Shown here: positions 36,861-44,453 of the stretch, piece by piece
Layout of the letters: each line of letters opens with the position of its first letter
Numbering within the stretch: position 1 is the stretch's first letter
Assembly (NCBI GenBank): GCA_016618085.1
Contig: JABLTG010000158.1
Span: 1-44,453, forward strand
Origin: Neovahlkampfia damariscottae
Taxonomy: Eukaryota
Length of the DNA: 44,453 nt
Direction: 5' to 3'
Notes under the pieces: model-generated
Told to the model about the DNA's origin: nothing
The model's database searches: none
Seen by the model: the letters and a program-made list of their open reading frames with translations, nothing else
Program-made: the position numbers and the translations under genes

Positions 36861-37498
36861 TTATTTTTTTGCTGAAATTTTTTCCGCTTCCATTTGTTTA
36901 GCTTCATTTTTTCTTTGATTAATTGCACTTTCAATTTCATCATAGAACATTGTTCTAATACCACCGAAACCAGCTGAACCAAAAGGTAAACATCTGAAAT
37001 AAACAGGATTTCTTTGTGAATAAAATGCTTGTGGTGTATCAATTTTAAGATTTGGATGAATATTCTTTCTGTCAAAACTATAAAAAAAAAAGAATAAATA
37101 TTTTTTTGTTGTTTATTCTTACGTGATACAACTGTCATACATTGTGTAATAGAACAAAGCCCAAAGGAAACTACATGCTTTTAAAAAAGTTAATTTTTTT
37201 TCTGCACCATAAACTTACTTGGAATGAGCAAAAGAAGGTAAATAATTTTGTTTGAGAGATGATGGTAATATGGGAAGAAATTTCCATCTCTAAATGGGTC
37301 CATTTTTAAAAATAAACCTTGTCTTGTATCTTCATAAACACCTCCAATTGAATCTAAGAAACCTGGATTTTTCGCTTTTGTGTAACTTTGAAAATCTCTT
37401 TTTGTCATTGTGACTGGAACGAGGATTTTTTGGAATTTATTAACAGAGTTAACAGTTTGGTTTACACTTGTGTTTAACTTTTTGAATTTACTGAGCAT
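36861..37498 (-). CDS. Mitochondrion-targeted single-pass membrane protein, possibly NDUFA4/COXFA4/B12D-like
   Basis: Basic, acid-free N-terminus. After 2 introns it reads IIYLLLLIPTCSFLWALFYYTMYDSCITFDRKNIHPNLKIDTPQAFYS, resembling NDUFA4 TM + DVCWDRNNPEPWNK..KFYS as recalled. Confidence 0.45.
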
Positions 37499-37669
37499 TT
37501 CTCGTTTGACCAATGATAATCAGGTAGAATTGACCAATAAATTTTATTTTTCCAAATTTGTTGCAAAATTGAATGTTCGAAAATAATATCATTTGTTTTC
37601 AACTTGCAGAAGTTTGGTAATGGAGATCAATTTTATTTGATGATTATTAACCAATCAAAATTATTCTTC

Positions 37670-37680
37670 TTTCCCACCAA
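37670..37680 (+). promoter_or_regulatory. E2F-like motif TTTCCCACCAA immediately upstream of CDC45
   Basis: Exact reverse complement of 31711-31721; CCAAT box at ~37651. Confidence 0.45.
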
Positions 37681-37689
37681 AAACCGTTG

Positions 37690-39490
37690 ATGCTTCTCAC
37701 TGAAAACAATGACAAATTCTTTCTAAAAATAAAGAAAGAAATGAATGAAAATTCAGGAAAATGTCTAATATTTGTTTCAACAAATGTAGACGCACTTTGT
37801 AGTTGCCAAATCTTAACAGTAAAATAAAAAAAATGTTAAATAAAAAAAAAGGACCTTTTGAAAGATGAAGGTGTTCCATATCAAATTATACCTATTTGTA
37901 ATTATGATGATTTAATCAAATCAGCAACGAATCATGTTGAAAAAGAAGTTTGATTGTTATTTTTTTTTTAATTTCTAAGCATTCTTATATTGTATTGTTA
38001 AATTGTGGTGGAAATCAAGATTTAGAAAAAACATTCAACTTAACAGGAAAACAAAAAATTGTTGTGATTGATAGTCATCGACCATTTCACCTTTCAAATG
38101 TTTATTCTTCAAGAGTAATTTTATTTGATGAAACAAATGGAGAAACAATAATCAAAATTAATAATTATACAGATGTTGAAATTACAGGAGTTGAAGAATC
38201 TGATGATGAAGAAGAAGAAGATTTAGTCTTTGAAACTGAAGACGAAGAAAATGATTATTATCAAAAAAAAGAACAGATCATTAAAACAAGAGAATATTAT
38301 AGAAATTCATATTTTGGAATCTCATGTTCTAGAATTCTATCACAACTATCATTTTTATTGAACAAAAATAACAATCATCATGTTTGGATGGGTATTATTG
38401 GTCTAACTGAACAGTTTTTATTTCAAAAGATATCATATGATGATTATTTGAAGTATTTCTTGGATTTTAAAAAAGAAGTATTTTCATTGAATCGAAGTGC
38501 GTCATCAAAAATGGAAGTCGAGGATGGATTGGAAATTAAAATTAGTTCTGATGAAAGAATTGTGCAAACTGAAGATTTCATTTTTCCTCTGTATAGACAT
38601 TGGAATATTTTTGATTCAATGTATCATTCTTCTTATATTGCTTCAAGATTATCAATTTGGAATGAAAAAGGAAGATCAAAGTTAAAAACATTTTTAGCTA
38701 AAATTGGAATTCCTTTAACAGAATGTCAACAAAATTATTCAAATATGAAATTGATGTATAAAGAAGAATTAGATAAAAAAATGAAAAAATTTGGTAAAAA
38801 TTATCAATTGGTTGATTTATTTTTTGAAACTTTTTATCGTGTAAGTCAATAGTTGATTCATTTTTTAGAATTATGGTATTTCAATATCTCTTTCTGCATC
38901 TGATATGGTTTATTGTATCACTGCATTACTCGAACAAAATCAAAATCAAGACTTAGATCAATTTTGGAATGCTTATGATGTTTTAAGTGGAAAAAAGGAA
39001 TCAATTAAAAAAATTAAAGAAGGAATTAATTTAGCAATTGAAATGCAACAAAAAATTGTTCAACAAGTTGTTGGAATGATTGAAAGAAAATCAATTATTG
39101 GATCAGCAGAATTTAGAATAGGAAATTTATCAACAAACGGCAGTGAATCTGTATTTTTTACAGCTTCTGGAATTTCAAAATTAGCATTGTTCTTGATGGA
39201 ATTTTGTAAATTCAAATATTCCGGAAAAGAAAAGTCTCTTTTGATTTGTTCGGAAAATAAAGAAGATAAAAAAACCATGTTGATTGGAATATCACCTGAC
39301 GATAGAAAGTAAGAAAAATGATTTAAAACTCATTTATCATAGTGAATTTGGTTTTGCATTTAAACAAACATATGTTCATATGAATTCAAAAGTAAATCAT
39401 TCAGGATTTGAATCAAACATCATTGAAATTGATACAGAAGATGTTAAGTATTTTACAGATGTTTTACATTACGTTTTAAAAAATGAATAA
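37690..39490 (+). CDS. CDC45: DNA replication factor Cdc45
   Basis: LIFVSTNVDALCSCQILT, VLLNCGG, VIDSHRPFHLSNV, FPLYRHWNIFDSM, LAKIGIPL..CQQNY, SLSASDMVY. About 4 introns. Confidence 0.95.
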
Positions 39491-39493
39491 AAT

Positions 39494-40458
39494 TTATAAT
39501 CTTGAGTTTTGTAAAGATTCTCTTTTTTGATTTAACATCATTTCAACCAAAAAATTATCACAAAAATACTTTTCTTCACAAATTTTTGGATATTCATTAA
39601 TTTCCAAAAGATCATGTGTCATTCTTAAACTTAATCCCCAAAGTTGATATTTGAATGGGAATGTTTCATTTTTTATGTTTAAAAATTGGTGAAGGGTTGG
39701 CAATGCAACAGTCATTAATCCCGTTTTGTCACCTTCTTTTACAATATCTTTTTTGAGTACAGTGTTAAAAATTGGAAATATTGGAAACCAAAACATTTTT
39801 AAATACTTATTTGTGTGATTTGGATTCAAAAAGTATTGCATAGGTACCCATCTAATTTGGGTTAATTTTATTATTTTTTCAAACCGAAAATCCTGAACCT
39901 CTTTAGGATCTGGAGTAAATTTGACTTTTGATAATTGCAAAAAAACTATTCAATAAATATTGTCAATTTCTATTTTTTCATTACCATATGGATGAATTAT
40001 TAAATTTCTTCCATTTTCCATTGGTTGACATTCCAATTCTCCTAAGAATTGAAAATTTGATCTTGTGAATTAAAATCAGTGAATTGCTTACTTATTATTT
40101 AAGTCAATGTCAACTTCTTCTTGAACTTCTCTAATTGCAGTATCATAATATGTTTCACCATCTTCTTTCATTCCACCCGGAAATCCAACATGATTACTCC
40201 ATTGATCATTTTCTCTCACTGCTCTAAGAATATAAAACATTTCTAAATAAGTATTTTCATATTGAACATCTAAAATTAAAAAAAAAAAAGAAAACTATTC
40301 AAATTGTTGATATCATCAATTTGTTTTATTTCATCATTTTCGTCTGCTAACCGAAGTATCAATGCTACACTTGAATGTTCTTTTGGGTAGAATTGTTTTT
40401 TTGGTATAAAATTTGATAAATTTGAGATAAACTTTCTCAACAATTGATTGTCCTTCAT
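39494..40458 (-). CDS. Nudix hydrolase (CoA-pyrophosphatase-like)
   Basis: SSVALILR; exon 40090-40270 reads ILRAVRENDQWSNHVGFPGGMKEDGETYYDTAIREVQEEVDIDL (Nudix box); C-terminal LWGLSLRM. Confidence 0.85.
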
Positions 40459-40493
40459 CAACTTTTTCACAAGTGATTTTATTGGATAAAATT

Positions 40494-42497
40494 TTATTTT
40501 TTTTTCTGTCTTAATTTCTCAACAGGAGTCATTGAAATTGGAGATTTAGGAGTTCTAACTTTATCTTTTTTCTTCATACTCTTCAAAGATTCACCCATTT
40601 TCATCAGAACAACAGAACGAGTTCTTAATTTTGGAGCTAATTCTTCTTCATCCTCTGGTGTAACTTCAATTCTATTCACCAAAGAATTTGAAGTTCTATG
40701 TTTTGTATCAGGTTCTTCTTCTTCAATTTCTTCTTCCCAATTGAAGATTGGATCCTTCGAAAAAATTACATTACTATTTCTACTTCTAGGTTCTCTATGA
40801 TCATTTTCAAATGATCTTCTTTTTATATTGTTCGAAGGTGGTCTATACCTTGATCCTCTAATCAATGAAAAATCTCTTTCAGTGAAACATGGACAACAAC
40901 TTTTTCTATCCAAAATCAATGGTTGGTAAATTGAATCGTTTGATTTAAATGATCGAATCCAAAATGCAATATCAATAGCTTGAAATAGTAAGTAATCATC
41001 TGGGTAGAGTTCTTTGAATTGTGTTTCTGCATCAAATATTTTTCCGATATAGTCATCAAGTTCTTCATGAGTGGGAATATCTTCAATATAAGAAAACCCA
41101 AATTTTGTTTCAAATTCATTTAAATAATCAGTTGGATAAATGGAAGCTCCAGCATCACCAAAATCTTTTAATTCATTCATGAATGTGTACATTGATCCTT
41201 TGAATATTAAAGAGATTTTGAAAGATTGAAAAATATGTTCCAAAAATGAATAACAATTTCCTTCTCCTAATTTAACTCTTGGTTGAGTTGCTACATATCT
41301 ATAATAGATATTCCATTTTACAATCAGGTCACTTAAAATTTTTGATGCTTCGTCCAATGAAATTTTCAAAATTGTGAATTTTGGTATTTTTGAAAAAATC
41401 TGATTCATTGGAGCACTTATCCTCTTTGGTACGATAATAGAAGTATCAGTGAATTCTAGATACCAAGGTCCTATAATAATACCACATTTAAACCTACCAA
41501 ATTTATTCTTCCAATCAAGAAAAGCAGGTATAGATTCAATAGTTCCTTGAACAGAATTGTACAATCCACTGGATACTCTATTATGAACCATTTCAGAAAT
41601 GACCAATTTAACTTCAATTATATCATCAGGTATATATTTTTCCGCATTTTTATGCAGTGAATCTTTCAATGGATCAACACGTAAATATGTCTGCAGAATC
41701 TGTTCAGAATCGCAAAGTGAAAAAATGATTTTTTCTTCTTCTCTCATTACTTTTGCAACTCTTTGATCTGTTGGGTCATATAATGCTTCTAACTTTATTC
41801 TAAATCGAGCCTGGTCAGTGTTGAAATCTAAAAATAAGTTTTTTTTTTTTTTACAGTCATTTTGAATTAATTTTTCAACTTCTTCATACAATATCTTGGA
41901 ATGGGTTTCTTTTAATCCAATTCTGATAAACTCTTTTTCTGAATAAAATGACAGTTTTGAACCATCAATTTCATTTGACATAAAATTTTTTTCATATAAT
42001 TCTGAAAGAGGAATTTCTTTATCATAAAGAAAACTTAACCATTCTATAACTTGTAATTTTGTCCATTTGAAATAACCTATTGTTTTTTAATTTTTTCTTT
42101 GATTACTTGTTGTTTCAAGTTTTGTTGTGAATAAATGAAAGTCAGCTGGTAATTCTTTATAATTTTTCTCTTTTAAATAATTTACAAGTTTTGAGTATGT
42201 TTGATAAGTTACAAAGGACAAAAACAAATCATCTTTAAATTTTAAAGTAAAAGGTAATTTGTCATAACATTTTTGATATACACCTTCATAAAAATTATAT
42301 GTTTTGAATTTTTTTTTCTGAAAAGGTTAATAAAAAAAAAAAGAAACTTGTAAATCTAGAAGGTATAATTTACCTGTAGAAATGAAAATAAAATTAAATT
42401 TTTTGTTGTAATTCTGAATTAATTCGCCTTCTGTTACAACGTCCTCTGAGTTTTTGTATTTTTTTAAAACTGCGTCAACAGTTTTCTCATCATCCAT
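40494..42497 (-). CDS. Hypothetical protein with SAM-like domain and a C-terminal domain of unknown function
   Basis: ATG 42497 MDDEKTVD. Spliced segment KWTKLQVIEWL..LYEKNFMSNEIDGSKL...EFIRIGL..HSKIL is SAM-like. Long 3' ORF 40494-41981. Confidence 0.65.
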
Positions 42498-42720
42498 GCC
42501 AAAAAAATTAATGCAGGAAAAATTATGATTGGTCAATGAAGAAAAATTGGAAATTTGAAACCAGTTGTTGGCAATGTAGTGGCACAAATTTACTTTTAAT
42601 TTGTTCCTCGGAATTTTCTGAAAACAACGAATTTATCAACAACAAACAGCAATTTAGAAGGTTAACAAAAAACCTTGAATTAATTTGTAGGTAAATTAAT
42701 ATCTTTTATAATTATATAAC

Positions 42721-43802
42721 ATGTCAAGAATAGGATTTGATGCTTTAGTACAAAATGATGATAATATTTATTATAACGTTCAGGTAGTAAATAAAAAATC
42801 AATCGCTGTTCCATTTCAGTATTTTGATAAAAGAGCGTATAAGCTGGTTGATAGTGGCTATGATTATAAATTAGCAGTTGTTAGATTTTCGGTTGATACA
42901 AGTGAAATTCCAATTATGTATTTTCCTTCAACTGAATTTTCTTCTTTTGCACTAAATGAAACTTACACAACACCAGACAACAGTTATTACTCTGTCACAA
43001 TTACTGACAATTTAGGGGTGACTAATCAATCTTATTTACAATTTGAAAGTTTTAATGATTCAGATTCAAATGATTTAAGAATATGGACAATTGACCAATT
43101 TTTACAAATTTTAAACAAAGCAATTCGTTCAGCTTGTTTCAATACAAATGTAAATAATAACAAAGTACCATATTTTATTTATGATAGAGATAGAGCAATT
43201 GTTGATGCTTATTTTCCAGAAGAGTTTGCTAATCTTATGGCAACACATAAATTTTACATGAATGCTAAATTATGGAGATTATTTGAGAATTTCTCGCATA
43301 CAGTAACAAATTTAGATCAAGGAAGAGATTACAGAATTGATGTATATTTATCTGGTGGAAATGCAACAAAAACCGAAATTGTTCATACAAGAAATACAGT
43401 AATTAATCCTTCATCTGGTGCAGATTGTATTGTTGTACGTGGATTTTATTCCACCATTTACAAGTTTTATCAAGTCAGAAATCTAATATTTACATCACAA
43501 GGATTACCAATTAGAGATGAATTCTTAAACTCATCATTTGATTTTATTTCATCAACTTCTTTTACAAGTGAAAAAATATTAAAAAACTTTGAATTTTCAT
43601 TGGAAGGGCCAGATGCTTTAAATACCAGATCAATGCAAACATTTACAGTTTCTGAATATGAATTTATTGATCTTGAAAATTCAAAGGAAATCAAAAATAT
43701 TGATATTCAAATTTATTACTCGGATGTTCATGGAAAAGTCTATCCTTTGTTAGTTCGTCTGATAGTTTAACAACACTCAAATTGTTATTTAAAAAAGTTT
43801 AA
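42721..43802 (+). CDS. Virophage minor capsid (penton) protein; conserved C-terminus lies in the -1 frame (in-frame stop 43770, frameshift-corrected stop 43802)
   Basis: DNIYYNV, DYKLAVVRFSVDTSEIP, YYSVTI, FLQILNKAI, PYFIYD, GRDYRIDV, LPIRDE, IDIQIYYSDVHGKVYPL parallel the Sputnik penton as recalled (DTVYYDI, EYFLSVVRFSIPT, FLQMINTAL, PFFFYD, GRDILFDV, LPINKE, VDLYVYWTDQTG). Confidence 0.85.
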
Positions 43803-43865
43803 GTTATTGATTAATGATAATTAATAACTATTTTAAATTAAATGGTAATTCTATTATTATTTAAT
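43802..43865. terminator. Two tandem AT-rich stem-loops (candidate hairpin polyadenylation/termination signals)
   Basis: Hairpin 1: 43802-43813 pairs with 43818-43829 (12 bp, 1 G.T, 4-nt loop). Hairpin 2: 43837-43849 pairs with 43853-43865 (13 bp, 2 G.T, 3-nt loop). Confidence 0.6.
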
Positions 43866-43895
43866 ACATTTGTTCACCGATGTCATTTCGATTTA

Positions 43896-44453
43896 TTACA
43901 GCTCCAGCTTTTTTTTACCTTTTTTTACAATGACAGCACCACCATCACCAAGTCCAACTTTTTCAGCTCCATCAGCAAGCATTTTAGCAATCGGAGCTCC
44001 TTTTTGAATAACACCTCTAATCATTCTCGCAATTGGGAGAGCTGACGACAATACAGATAAGAGAGATCCACCAGAGATACGACCACCAAAATGATTGTCT
44101 TGGTATTTATCTGGATAAACCATTTCATAATCTTTTTGTAAACTTTCAACAACATCATCAGATGATAGGACACTAAGCTGTTTGATAGCACTAGAATTCT
44201 TAATTATTGTGCATGCCCCCTCGTATAAAATAACAACATTCAATTGAAACTTTGTAGGTTCAATGTTTGGATCATTTGCTAAAATATTTGGAACTCTTTT
44301 GAATGACACTTTGAAACTCAATTGTAGTTGAGCTAGGCAACCAGGGGCAAGCGATTCTGGGAGAGGGATCTCTTCACCAAAATTTAGTGCGTTATAGGTT
44401 CCTATCCATTTTGTTGCTTGGGAGTATGACATTCCTAATAATCCATTTTTCTT
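43896..44453 (-). CDS. Virophage major capsid protein (double jelly-roll), C-terminal part; gene begins beyond the window
   Basis: Frame is open to the window edge: KKNGLLGMSYSQ...LNFGEEIPL..LAPGCLAQLQL...LNVVILYEGACTI..NSSA..LSVLSSDDVV...FGG...EKVGLGDGGAVI. This parallels Sputnik MCP as recalled (QNG..TWSE, LELGKDVGL..EAEGVIGNFNLQ, YIVAVYDGTLVI.NTSA..IGVASKEEVL, IYGG, KNVGYG). Confidence 0.88.
   Translation of the reverse strand, partial: KKNGLLGMSYSQATKWIGTYNALNFGEEIPLPESLAPGCLAQLQLSFKVSFKRVPNILANDPNIEPTKFQLNVVILYEGACTIIKNSSAIKQLSVLSSDDVVESLQKDYEMVYPDKYQDNHFGGRISGGSLLSVLSSALPIARMIRGVIQKGAPIAKMLADGAEKVGLGDGGAVIVKKGKKKLEL

Larger units (their letters stand above)
42691..44453. mobile_element. 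Edge of an endogenous virophage (Lavidaviridae-like provirophage) or virophage-derived capsid module; left boundary approximate
   Basis: Two intronless virophage capsid genes plus intergenic hairpins, contiguous with intron-rich host genes. No TIR or target-site duplication is identifiable in the window. Confidence 0.8.

Noticed and set aside
9962..39490. Functional cluster of cell-cycle genes (LIN9, RNR1, CDH1, CDC45)
   Set aside because: Interspersed with unrelated genes over 30 kb; only the RNR1/CDH1 shared promoter is supportable.
42500..42720. Terminal inverted repeat or target-site duplication of the virophage
   Set aside because: Only one end is in the window, so there is no partner sequence to compare; the segment looks host-like.
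42721..44453. Polinton/Maverick or NCLDV capsid genes rather than virophage
   Set aside because: The recognisable motifs of both proteins follow Sputnik-type penton and MCP; a profile search is still needed to exclude other groups formally.

Overview
Very AT-rich, ultra-compact eukaryotic (protist) chromosome segment using the standard genetic code. It has about 22 host genes interrupted by tiny (~25-45 nt) GT-AG introns, and CCAAT-box promoters; a Discoba/heterolobosean-like host is my inference only. Host genes, in order: IPT/TIG plus Cys-rich membrane protein, F-box/LRR, plant-type FAAH amidase, NADAR, an orphan secreted protein, LIN9, a bacterial-style kinase-AAA-GAF-adenylate cyclase, ZCCHC10-like, TBC1D5-like RabGAP, an acidic PPPLVKSDEE-repeat protein, an unknown N-anchored protein, UBC12, spatacsin-like, RNR large subunit, CDH1/FZR1, DEAD-box helicase, proteasome alpha-2, V-ATPase F, a possible NDUFA4/B12D-like protein, CDC45, a Nudix hydrolase and a SAM-domain protein. 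The key observation is in the last ~1.75 kb, which encodes an intronless Sputnik-like virophage (Lavidaviridae) minor capsid/penton gene and the 3' end of a virophage major capsid gene, i.e. the edge of an apparent endogenous virophage. The two capsid genes are tail-to-tail and separated by two stem-loops resembling Mimivirus-type hairpin polyadenylation signals. The penton's conserved last strand lies in the -1 frame. The penton sits ~220 nt from a host gene's start, behind host-type promoter motifs and a host-sized intron-like segment. Family assignments are by motif recognition from memory; no searches were run.
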